From Prorocentrum cordatum (Eukaryota): 64,000 nucleotides of DNA. Positions 50,818 through 63,404 of this stretch are shown in pieces. Location of the stretch: positions 1 through 64,000 of the forward strand of contig CAUYUJ010000051.1 of the NCBI GenBank assembly GCA_963575745.1, in the 5' to 3' direction. Both the position numbers and the translations under genes were made by a program. A model generated the notes under the pieces. That model was not told where the DNA came from, searched no databases, and was given only the letters and a program-made list of their open reading frames with translations. Every line of letters starts with the position of its first letter. The first letter of the stretch is position 1.

Positions 50818-51599
50818 ATATTCATGCCCTTCGCAATTCCTCTCCTCGCGTATCGAATGGCCTTCGGCCCATCCCGCCACCGCGCCTGGGTTGAGGGTAT
50901 GAAGCTTCTTAGATATTCGTTGGGATCTCGTGGGGGGCCTCTCGGGGGCCTCTTGGAGGCAGTTTGGAGGCCTCTTCGGGGCCGCTTTGCGGACTCTTGG
51001 GGCCTTTTCTGGGTCTCTGGCGTGCCTCTTGGGGGCCTCTTGGGGGCCTCTTGGGGGTGTCCTGGGCGCCTCTTGGGGCCTCCCGGGGGCCTCCTGGGGC
51101 GGGAGGCCCGGATTTTCGGTTCGTGTTCCCTCTCTCGGGCCTCTTGTTGGCCGTCTTTCTTGGGCCGTCTTGGGGCTCTTTTGTGGGCCGTCTTGGGGCC
51201 CCCTGGGAGGTCTTTTGGGCCATCCTGGAGCGGTCTCGGGAGCCTCTTGGGCTTTCTAGGAGCGTCGAGACGCCGAAAAGGCGAGAACGCCAGCATCCCT
51301 CAAAATCGACAAGCTATCAATTACTCCGACGGTCGGACCCGACATGATAACCTATTAAGATTACCCTTTGCTTTTTCCTCTTCGCCTTGGCCGAAGCCCC
51401 CCCGTCTCGCCCTCTGTGGGACCTCCTTCTCCTCATCCTCCTTGTCTTCCTCGTCCTCTGTCTCCTCCTCCTGCTCGGCCTCCTCGTTCAATTGTTCCTC
51501 TTCCTCTTCGTCCTTTTCCTTCTCCTCCTTCTCCTCCTCCTTCTCCGCCTCCCCCCTCATCTCCATCCCGCCTGTTCTCCTCATGCACTTCTCCTTCCT

Positions 51600-53105
51600 C
51601 TTGGCAGGGGGGCGCATGCCGATTTTCCTCGGCACCCTCGCCGCTGCGCCTGGCAGGGGCGCGTTCTCCGATGGCCAAATCGCGAAGCCGTCGGGGCAAC
51701 GGCCGTTGGGACAACCCCGCGGGCCGCTGGGGCGAGAGAGCAAGCCGTGAGGACAACCCCGCAGACACCGAGGTAGTCGCGGCCGTGCTCAGGCGAGAGG
51801 CAGCACGAAGTTCAGCTCTGCCGCGAGCTGCCCCGCCGCAGCCACGGGGTGCACCGCACTATTGTTCAACTCTTCGAACGCCTTGTGACTAGGGAAGGGG
51901 GCTCCCGCCTGAGACTTCCTTGCAACTCGTTCACATACGTGTGAGGAACGCCCCGTGGTGTGCCCATTTGGGATGCTCAACTGTTTTGCCCTGTAGAGTT
52001 TGCCGATGACCCGCTCGGATTGTCAGCGTGAAGTGCGGACCCCGTAGGGAGGGGGCTCCCGCCTGAGATTTCCTCGCCATCCACTCGCAGACGAATCCCT
52101 CGCGTGAGACTCCTTCCATATTCAATTCCGGGGGTCCGAGAAGTGACGACACAGGTTTCCGATGGCCCGCTCGGGTTACTAACATGAAGTGTGGACCGCG
52201 TAGGGAGGGGGCTCTCGCCTGAGCCTTCTTCGCAGTTAACTCAGATACACAATTCCCGCCAGAGGCTTCCTCCATGTTCAGCCCACAGGAACCGAAAAGT
52301 AAGGACAGTTCAGGTTTCCGATGACCCGGTCGGGTTGTCAACGTGAAGTGCAGTGCAAATCTCATAGGGAGGGGGCTCTCGTTTGAGACTTCCTCGCGCT
52401 GCATTCACAATTGAATATCCCGCCTGAGTGTTCTTCCATATTCAGTCTAGGGGAGCCGAAACGTGACGACCTTTTCGAATTTCCGATGCTTCATTCGGGC
52501 TGCCGGCATGAAGTGTGGACCCCATACGGAGGGGTCTTTCGCCAGATACTTCCTCGCAGTTCACTCACAGACGAAATTCCCGCCAGACTTCTTCCGTATC
52601 CAACTTGGAAAAAGCCGAACAGTGAAGACAGTTACAGGTTCCCGATGGCCCGTTCGGATTGCCAACGTGAAGTGCGGACCCCATGGGGGAGGGGACCCCG
52701 CCTGATAATTCCTCGCCATCCACTCACAGACGAAGTTTCCGCCTGATATTTCTTCCGTGCCCAACGTGGAAAACCCGAACAGTGACGACAGTTACAGGTT
52801 CCCGATGGCCCGCTCGGATTGCCAACGTGAGGTGCGGACCCCATGGGGAAGGGGGGCCCGCCTGATAGTTCCTCGCCATCCACTCACAGACGGACTTTCC
52901 GCCTGAGACGTCTTCCGTATTCAATCCAGAAGAGCCAGACGAAACTCTCGCCTGAAATGTCGAGTGTATTTAATCCAAAACAGCCGAAAAGTGACGACAT
53001 CTACATGTTTTCGATGACCCGCGCGAATTGCCAACATGAGGTGCGGACCCCATAGGGAAGGGGCTCCCGCCTAAGACTTCCTCCTCACTCTTAACTTACA
53101 GACGG
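51600..53105 (-). mobile_element. Helicase-end element with an array of diverged 159-bp satellite units
   Basis: Minus-strand QLAAELNFVLP near 51800; GGCTCCCGCCTGAGACTTCCT units at 51890-53100. Confidence 0.72.
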
Positions 53106-53306
53106 ATCCGCTTCTTGGTCGGTGATCACGATGGGATGGTGATAGTGACGAATGTGTGATGCTAGTGATAGTGATGGTGATGGTGACTGATGGTGAGTGG
53201 TGATTGATCTGGTGGTGGTGAATCAGTTTGATCAGGTGGACAAGAGTGTGTGTGTGTGTGTGAGAGGGTGTGATGACGATTATCAATGAGTATGTGTGTG
53301 CTGACA

Positions 53307-53365
<59 letters not shown>

Positions 53366-53388
53366 GGTGGTGGTGGTGGTGATGATGG

Positions 53389-53429
<41 letters not shown>

Positions 53430-53724
53430 GTGGTACTGATCGTAATAATGGGTGTGATAACAATTGTGATAGTGATAGTGCTGAGGTGGACGTGATGGGG
53501 GGAGGGTGGGAGTTGAGCGCGGAGGTGTGCAGAGAAAACAGGACGCCCCCTTAGGATGTGGGGAATGATTCTGGCCTCTTGGGCTCTCGGGAGGCCTCTT
53601 GGAGACCCCGTGGGGCGTCTTGGGGGCCTCTTGGGGCGTCTTGGGTCATCTTGGGCGTTTTCGGTCGATCAGTCGGCGTGTCGGGGCCCTCTTGGACCTT
53701 CTGGCGGTCTCTTAGAGCCATCTT

Positions 53725-54694
53725 GGCTTGTATGATGAAGTAACTGTTCCCTTGGCTGTCTGAGGCCCTCGTGGCCGGAGACGATAGGTGCAGGTTGTGG
53801 TTCCATTCGCTTGCTGACGAGCCGTAATGTCGTTGTTAGCTTCTTGCTTCATACCTGCAGGCGTGTGGTATTTGAAGGTATCTGTTGTTTTTGACCTGTA
53901 CCGCCAGTACGCTGGTGGTGAACATCGACCACTGCCAGCGCGCGAATGCTTGCGATTGCAGATTCGGGCACCGCAGTTCTGGCGGTGTGACTTGATTTGG
54001 CTTGTATGATGAAGTAACTGTTCCCTTGGCTGTCTGAGGCCCTCGTGGCCAGAGACGATAGGTGCAGGTTGTGGTTCCATTCGCTTGCTGACGAGCCGTA
54101 ATGTCGTTGTTAGCCTCTTGCTTCGTACCTGCTGGCGTGTGGTATTTGAAGGTATCTGTTTCTTTTGACCTGTACTGCCAGCACGCTGGTGGTGAATATC
54201 GACCACTGCCAGCGCGCGAATGCTTTCGAATGTAGATTCGGGCACCGCAGTTCTGGCGGTGTGACTTGATTCGGCTTGTATGATGAAGTAACTGTTCCCT
54301 TGGCTGTCTGAGGCCCTCGTGGCCGGAGACGATAGGTGCAGGTTGTGGTTCCATTCGCTTGCTGACGAGCCGTAATGTCGTTGTTAGCTTCTTGCTTCGT
54401 ACCTGCAGGCGTGTGGTATTTGAAGGTACCTGTTGTTTTTGACCTGTATCGCCAGTACGCTGGTGGTGAACACTGAGCACTGCCAGCGCGCGAATGCTTG
54501 CGATTGCAGATTCGGGCACCGCAGTTCTGGCGGTGTGACTTGATTTGGCTTGTATGATGAAGTAACTGTTCCCTTGGCTGTCTGAGGCCCTCGTGGCCAG
54601 AGACGATAGGTGCAGGTTGTGGTTCCATTCGCTTGCTGACGAGCCGTAATGTCGTCGTTAGCTCCTTGTTTTGTACCTACAGGCGCTGGATATT
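53725..54694 (+). ncRNA. Homogeneous snoRNA sub-array, 4 units with an exact 274-bp period
   Basis: Cores near 53725, 53999, 54273 and 54547, sharing the GATAGGTGCAGG variant. Confidence 0.8.
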
Positions 54695-55634
54695 GCGAAG
54701 GCCTTACGGCCGGTGCCGCCGACCCTGCATGGCGGCGACAACCACGACCACAACGTCGAAGTTCGCGGGGGCCTCCTGGGGCTAGTTTGGGGGCCTCTTG
54801 GGAAGCTCTTGGAAGCCGCTTGGGAGCCTCGTGGGGGCCTCTTGGGGCTTCCTGGGGGTCTCTGGGGGGCCTCTTGGGGCTTCTTGAGGGGCTTCTTAGG
54901 AGCCTCTGGGGGTCTCCTGAGTGAGAGCTTCTCAACCAAACCGAGGGCTCGAAATGTCCGTTCGGGTCCCCCGTCTGGGCTCCCTTTTACAACCGTCTTG
55001 GAAGCCTCTTCGATTGTCTTGGAGGCCTCTTGGACGGTCTTGGGGCCCTCTTGGGTCGTTTGGGGGCTCTCTTGGGCCCCTCTTGGGCCATCTTGGGGCA
55101 GTCTTGGGGGCCTCTTGGCCTGTCTTGGAGCGTCGGGAAGCTGACAAGGCGAGAAAGCCGAGATTTTTCAAAAAGCTAAGGGAAATCTATGATCTTTGTG
55201 TCTGGTGTCTGGTGCCCTCTTTGAAGTCCTCTTGGAGGCCTCTTGGGACGTTTTGGAAACTTTTTGAGTTGTCTGGAGACTACTTTGGCGACTTGGACCG
55301 ATACTTCGGCGATTTGGGGCCCTCGAGGACCGTCTTGGGGGCATCTTGGGACAGTTTGCCGCGTCTTGGAGCTTTTCTGGGCCCCCGAACCGCCCGGGGG
55401 GGAGTCGTATCTGACCCAGGACTTCCCCGGGACTTTCCCGGGACTTCCCTGGGACCCCCCCCCCACCCCCTTGGCGGGGAAGGGATCAAAGGGAAGGGGC
55501 TTCCCTTCGACTCCACCACAACGTTACTCAATTTCGCTGTGGCTGGCGCGCTCGACGACGACAACGACCACGACGACGACGACGACGACGAGTCAAATGG
55601 AACAGCCTCTTCCACACGCCGACAGGGTCGGCGG
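54695..55634. mobile_element. Helentron/HINE-like insertion in a snoRNA spacer
   Basis: Interrupts the spacer GGATATT|TGAAGG; sub-terminal inverted repeat CCGCCGACCCTG / CAGGGTCGGCGG; short hairpins at both ends; internal GGCCTCTTGG repeats. Confidence 0.55.
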
Positions 55635-56293
55635 ATTTGAAGGTATCAGTTATTATTGACTTGTGCTGCCAGTACGCTGGTGGTGAACATTGGCCACTGC
55701 CAGCGCGCGAATGCTTGCAATTGTGGATTCGGGCACCGCAGTTCTGGCGGTGTGACTTGACTTGGCTTGTATCGTGAAGTAGCTATTCCCTTGGCTGTCT
55801 GATGCCGTCGTGGTCGGAGACGATAGCTGCAGGTTGTGGCCCCATTCGCTTGCTGACGAGTCATCATGTACTTGTGTTTGCACTGCCTTGACCCAGTATG
55901 AGCAAGATTTCTACAGGCACGTCGGTTGTGAACATTGCTTTGTCGACAGCCAGTCCGCGGACGCGTGCGATTGTGGATTCGGGCACCGCAGTTCTGGCGG
56001 TGTGACTTGATTTGGCTTGTATGATGAAGTAACTGTTCCCTTGGCTGTCTGAGGCCCTTGAGGCCAGAGTCGATAGCTGCAGGTTGTGGTTCCATTCGCT
56101 TGCTGACGAGCCGCCCTGATGTCGTCGTGAGCTCATTGCCCTGGCCTTACAGGCTCTGTGGAACGAAATTTTCTGACGTGTATCATTTGATATCGGTGGT
56201 GAACATGGTATCATTGCCAGTGCGCAGATGCGAGTGATATTAGATTCGGGCATCGAAGTTTCGACGGTTTGACGTGGCTTGTGCGATGAAGTA
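55635..56293 (+). ncRNA. Final segment of the snoRNA array (cores near 55764 and 56013, one truncated near 56276)
   Basis: Same core, more degenerate. Confidence 0.65.
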
Positions 56294-58072
56294 CGAGTTT
56301 CCTAGGCAATTCCTCTCCTCGCGTATCTAATGGCCTTCGGCCCATCCCGCCGCCGTGCCTGGGATGTGGGTATGAAGCTTGGATATTCGTTGGGATCTCT
56401 TAGGAGGCCTCTCGGGGGCCTCTTGGAGGCAGTCCGGAGGCCTCTTGGGGGCTGTTGTGCGGACTCTTGGGGCCTCTTTGGGTCTCTTGGGGGCCCCTTG
56501 GGGCCTCTTGGGAGCCACTTGGGGGCCTCCTGGGCGCCTCTTGGGGCCTCCTGGGAGCCTCCTGGGGCGGAAGGATTGGATTGTCGGTTCGTGTTCGCTC
56601 TCTTGGGCCCCTTTGGGCCGTCTTTGGGCCCTCTTGGGCCGGCTTGGGCGCCTCTTGGGCCCTCTTGGGGCTCTCTTCGGACGTCTTGGGGCCCTCTGGG
56701 AGGTCTATTAGGCCATCTTGCAGCGGTCATGGGAGCCTCTTGAGCCGTCTTGGAGCGTCGGGAAGCCGAAAAGGCGAGAACGCCAACATCCTTCAAAACA
56801 GACAAAATATAAATGATTATGGCCTCTTGGGCTCTCGGGATGCCTCTTGGAGGCCCCTTGGGGCGTCTTGGGGGCCTCTTGGGCCCTCTTGGGTCATCTT
56901 GGGCGTCTCGGAACGATCAGTGGGCGTCTCGGGGCCCTCTTGGACCGTCCTGGCGGCCTCTTGGAGCACTCTTGGCCTGTCTTGGGCTCTCTTGGGCCCC
57001 CTGGGAGGCGCGCGGGGAGACGCGTGGGAGCTTCGGGGAACCGCTCCTGGCCCCGGGAGATGTGAGAATTGTGGGTCGGGGCCCTTGAATCGGGGGCGGA
57101 AAAGGGGGGGGTGATGATAGGGGGGGGTGGATATCATGGCGGGGGCCATGATATCTCCCCAGATCTCATGGCGCCTCTTCTTGTTTCATTACGTCCCTGG
57201 CCCCCCCGCTGGGCCGCGCACATGCCGCCGGTCATGATTTGCACCCCCACTCTTGGACACCCCCCTCTTGGCCGCTCCCGACCTTGAAAGATTTATCAGG
57301 ACTGAGGAGTGAGGCTCCAGGGATCAGGCCAAGGACCTGAGGGCACGCCCACTCCGTGCCCAAAGGCACGGTGGCGGATCAGCTGGGTTTGTTGGAATCG
57401 ATCGGGGTCTTCGTGCAGTGCGTGCGGTTCAGGGTTCATTCAGATAGTGCCGAAGTTTGTCGCCAGTCTCTGGAGGCAGTCAGCAAGGTTTCATGCACAC
57501 TCAGCATGTAGCCAACCTGCACTGCAGTGTTGCCCGGTAGCGCGCGCGTCCGTCTCAGCATGCCATATGCTCCGTCGGGTGGGCACTGCGATGCGCTACG
57601 GCTTGTACCAGTTTTGCAGGGGATGATGGTGAGGAGGAGGAGGAGGCGGTCGACGGGGATGATACGCAGCAACGTCGCACGACTCTCGCAGGCGGGGGTA
57701 CGAGGGGAGACGGCGATTCCAGTCCACAGCCACATTGATTCGCTCGTGCCCTTCTCTATCCTTCTAGGTCAAGCACGGGGGCGCAAAAACAGTCGAGCCC
57801 CGCGCTTCGCGATCTGGGCCAGCGTGTTGCCCTTCTCCAGGGTTGTGGCGCGAGAGCGCGAGGACAGCCGCGAATCGCGCTTCCCCGACCCCCTTTCGTC
57901 GTGTTTTTTCTCGGCGGACCCCCAGAGGTCTGGACCCCTCTTCCACGGCCGCTTCTCCTGTCTTCTCCCGAGGACTGTTTTACGTTGCTGGGGCCCGGTC
58001 GTGGGCTCCCACGAGCCGAAAATGACCAGAGGCCCTCCGTCATGATTCCCTCGCGACGCGAGGAGTTCTGTA

Positions 58073-58158
58073 GGGGAACAAAGAGTGACATAAACATAAA
58101 AACGCGGAGGTCCGCGCGGCCCTCCGAGTTTTTATGTTTATGCCACTTTTTGTTCCCC
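58073..58158. mobile_element. Internally deleted copy of the TA-MITE family
   Basis: Same TIRs as 3432-3626, TA flanks; degenerate relatives near 17900-18090, 30560-30710, 36440-36640 and 38210-38390. Confidence 0.8.
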
Positions 58159-58258
58159 TATCTGGGGCTCGCGCAACGCGAGGCCCGCACTCGGAGGCGG
58201 CCCGGCGCCGCTCTCGTGGATGGGTTCGCGGGTGCGCGCGGCGCGCTCTTTTCTAGAG

Positions 58259-58298
58259 GTCCGCGCAGCTGAAGGAGGAGATCGCCGCGCTGGAGAAG
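58259..58298 (+). CDS. Coiled-coil protein exon 11 (R-SAQLKEEIAALEK)
   Basis: gAG acceptor, GC donor at 58299; the AG|G junction gives Arg. Confidence 0.83.
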
Positions 58299-58482
58299 GC
58301 GCGCGTCCGGGGAGGAGGGGCGAGGGGGGAGGGGGGGGGGGACGGACGAGGAGGGGGGGAGGGAGGGAGGGGGATCAGAATGGAGGAGAAGGCGGAGAAG
58401 GAGAAGGAGGAGGAGGAGGAGGAGGAGGAGGAGGGGGAAGAGACGGAGGAAATTGTGGGAGACTGATGCGGGTTGGTCGTGG

Positions 58483-59750
<1,268 letters not shown>

Positions 59751-59827
59751 CCTAATGAGAGCTTGCCTCTGTAGGGGTCCTAGCAGATTCATATCGTTAC
59801 GTTAGGTTTGCCGCCGATTTTCGCCGC

Positions 59828-60080
59828 ACGCCCGGGTGCCCCGGGGTGCCCTGGGGTGAGGTTGGCCGCCGATTTTCGCTGCACGCCCGGGTGCCGGGGG
59901 GTGCCCGGGGGTGCCCGGGTGCCCGGGGGTGCCCGGGTGCCCGGGTGCCCAGGTGCCCGGGCGTGCCCGGGGGTGCCCGGGGTGCCCTATAGCCCAACAG
60001 CCCTATAGCCCTACAACTCTAGAGCCCTAAAGCTCTATAGCCCTATAGCTCAATAGCCCTATAGCCCCCTAGCTCTAAAG
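59828..60080. repeat. Minisatellites (GTGCCCGG[GG])n followed by (GCCCTATA)n
   Basis: Direct inspection. Confidence 0.85.
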
Positions 60081-60866
60081 TCCTGATTGGGGTTCTTCTC
60101 CGGTATCATAAGAAGAAAGTTATAATGATGATACAAACGACAAAAATAATAATAGTAACAACAAGCGTACTATTAATAAAAAGACTAACATAAGAATGAT
60201 ACTAGTAATAATGATACTACGCAGAAGAAGAGGAGGAGGAGGAGGAGGAGGAGGAGGAGGAGGAGGAGGAGGAGGAGGAGGAGAGGAGGAGAAGGAGGAG
60301 GAGGATGAAGGAAGAGGAGGCTGAGGGGAGGCGGATGATGAGGCAGACGAAAGAAGAGGAGGGAGAACAGCGAGGGATGAGAAGGAAGGCGACGGTTGAG
60401 GAAGGAGGAGGAGGAGGACTAGGAGCAGGAGGAGGGAGGGAGAGAACGAATGAGGACGAAGTTGCTCGTCTTCGATAGTTCGGTATTTTCGGATGGCAGC
60501 AGAGAGCCCGCAACAGAAAGGAGGAGGGGGAGGGGGAAGGGGAGGGGGACGGGGAATAAGTAGGACAGGAGAGGAAGGAGGAGGAGGAGGATGAGGAGGA
60601 GGAGGAGGAGGAGGAGGGAGGAGGAGGAGGAGGAGAAGGGGACTTCTGAGGAGGAGCAGGACAGAGGCGCAGCGAGAGGAGGAGGAAAAAGAGGAGGGGG
60701 GGGGGGGGAGGAGAGGGGGAGGCGCCCCCCTAGGAGGCGGATGGGAGGCGCGAGGGCCCGGGGGGGGGGGGCGCGGGAGTTCGCGGCTGCGGCGCGCCCC
60801 AGTGGTGCCCCCCGCCCCCCCCCCGGCGGTGTACCTCCGAGGGGCCAGGGGCACCCGCCGCCCGAG

Positions 60867-60962
60867 GGCCTGGCCGACGTGGCGTCCTCGCAGGCCGCGA
60901 TGGACAAGCTGCGGGCGGAGGAGCACGCGCAGTTCCTGGCGAACAAGGCGGACATGGAGCAG
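60867..60962 (+). CDS. Coiled-coil protein exon 12 (GLADVASSQAAMDKLRAEEHAQFLANKADMEQ); gene continues beyond
   Basis: gAG acceptor, GC donor at 60963, heptad-like sequence, no stop codon reached. Confidence 0.85.
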
Positions 60963-62491
60963 GCGGCAGGGTGCTCCTCCTCCTCCTCCTCCTCCTCCTC
61001 CCTCCGCCTCCTCCTCCACCTCCTCCTCCCTCCTCCTCCTCCTCCTTCTCCTCCTCGGTGGGTTCGGCTTTTTTTGTGGGCCCCTCACTGCACACTGCAC
61101 CTGTCCTCGAGGGGGGGAAGCCACCCGGACGCGGCACAATCGGCGTTTGCGAAGCGGCCTTGGGCGTTCCGATTCCTTCCCATGGTGCGTTTACGAAACG
61201 GCTTCGCTTGTCGGGGTGCTTATTACGCGGGTGGATTTTCTGCCCTCTATTTCCGCTCCGCCTCCGGTCCCCCATCGCCCGGCAGTGCTCGTTCGATGCT
61301 GCACCGTAGGCGATGTGGCCCGAAGAGTCCCCAGGGGGCGAAACTCGCAGCCTCTCTCTCTCTCTCCGAGTGTGTCTCAAGCCGAAGCGAGCGCAGTTCC
61401 TGGCGAGCAGGGCGGACATGGGGCAGGCGGCCCCCCGCGCGGGCCGTGCCCAGGTTGTGTTTGGATCTCCGGGGGTTTATTCACAACCGCTGCCAGGGGG
61501 ATTGATCTTCGGGGACTAGGCAGGCGGTGGGTGTGTACATACTCGGGCCTGGGAGGGGGCAAGTGTATCCACATCCACCGCCTGCCGAGTCGCCGAAGTT
61601 CGATCAGCCGGGTGGTTGTCATGGATGCATCCCCGCCTCGCATCCCCTTTCCCAATGTACTTCAGGCACATTCATATTTCAAGAATCGGATGGCTTTCTG
61701 GTTTCCTTCCTCAGCAGGTGGTGGACGGAATTCCAATCTCTTTTTATTACCCTCCTTCTCCATGTGTCTGCCCACTTCTTCCAAACGACGGGTACTTTGG
61801 CTGGACGAAAGGTTCGAGGTTTTCGGCTTCGAGGTTAAAGGTTTTCGGGCGTTTTCGTGGGTTCTCTGCGGTTTTTCAGCCTCGGGATTTTTTTCAACGG
61901 CTGCGCCTCGCCCAGAGCGTTCGGGGGGTGCCCGAGTTGTCCCGGCCGGCCGTTGGACACTCAAGTTATGGCCCGAAGGCGAGGATCGCTCGGGTCGTAC
62001 GAGAGGGGGGATTGGGAAAGGGGAGGTGCGAAATTTGCTGCATATGGCTGGTTTGGACCCCGCCACCCAATGTGTTACTTGAAGGATAGATGTTTGCCTC
62101 GGATGCCAGGATCACTGGCTACATGCAGCTGGTTCGGGGCGGCGGGCGGCGACGAGGCGGCGACGCCACTGCCACATGGCGGCCAGAGCGGCCCGCAGGC
62201 CCAGTTACTAAGCAGGTACGTAACACATCCCTGAGTACAATCACTGATCTGATCGGACGTACGCTTCCAATGGGGACACATTGTACTTGTATGTCCTTCT
62301 GCGTCCCACGCGAGATCGGGGTGGCCTCGGGGCGGCTCGAATAATCAATCGTGGGCCCTTGGGCCGCGACCCCGCGGACGGTTTTTCGCAGATGCCCCGC
62401 GCGGAACGTATCCGTGCGACCGCGTATCCGTGGGATCGCGATCCAAACCGCGAGGGCGTGGATATGGATACGTTCGCCGCTCGTGAATCTA

Positions 62492-62706
62492 GGCCTCCCA
62501 GATGTGGCCCGAGTGGGTGGAGTCGGAGGATCGCTTGGCATCGCCGATGCATCAGCGATGTGGCGCGATGTGGAGCCTGATGTTCTCCACCCCGACGTCG
62601 TCAAGGCTTTGCCGACGTTGCCGATGCATCGCCAATGCATCAGCGATTCATCGGGGATATTGCGCGATCTTCCGACCCCATCCACTCGGACCCCAGTTGG
62701 GATGCC
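62492..62706. mobile_element. Copy of the TCTA-TSD MITE family
   Basis: TCTA|GGCCTCCCAG...GGGATGCC|TCTA with the same palindromic core. Confidence 0.75.
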
Positions 62707-62803
62707 TCTAACGCAGTGCTGCGGCAGTTGTGGGTGCGGCGGACGGGAGCAGTGAGAGCGATGTCCTGCGGAGGAGCTATGGGGAGGGGGAGGGGGCAAG
62801 GGG

Positions 62804-62902
<99 letters not shown>

Positions 62903-62968
62903 GGAGGAGGAGGGAGGAGGAGGGAGGAGGAGGAGGAGGAGGAGGAGGTGGAGGAGGAGGAGGAGGAC

Positions 62969-62990
62969 TCCGTAGCCATTTTGGCTCAAG
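62969..62990 (+). other. Genomic copy of the dinoflagellate spliced leader (DinoSL)
   Basis: TCCGTAGCCATTTTGGCTCAAG matches DCCGTAGCCATTTTGGCTCAAG at 22/22. Confidence 0.97.
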
Positions 62991-63100
62991 TCCATAGCGG
63001 TTGCTCGAGGACGCGAGTTTTTTTGTGGCAAGGGCATTTCACGGCCGCACCACACATCGGTACTGCAGCTACCTGATCGCTCTTTACCGATGCCTTCGAT

Positions 63101-63368
63101 ATGGATGGTTTCTCTCATTGGACGTGCCCGAACACGAGGTGCGGAAACAATGGGAACTTCTCGTGGAGATCTACGTGTCGTGTGTGCAAGCAGGCGCCTC
63201 ACTGAGTTCCCGAACCCAAGCCAGCAGGATGTGCGCGTGGCAGCTGGGCCAAGGGGCCGCCAGCGCGTGACGCTCCGTCTAAGGGCAATAGCGTGCAGCT
63301 CACAGACTCGTTGGTCGCCATCTATGTCCGCATTCCCGAGGAAGAGTTCAAGTCTCTTGCGCAGTCGC

Positions 63369-63404
<36 letters not shown>

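Noticed and set aside
41340..56293. CRISPR-like reading of the conserved-core/variable-spacer array
   Set aside because: Cores are ~99 nt, spacers are ~175 nt and homologous to each other, no cas genes are present, and the context is eukaryotic
59983..60080. Interstitial telomere
   Set aside because: The unit is the 8-bp GCCCTATA with only one CCCTAAA; it is not a TTTAGGG array
62969..62990. SL RNA gene
   Set aside because: The SL is not followed by a GT donor and SL intron; it leads into a leader and an ORF, as in an mRNA
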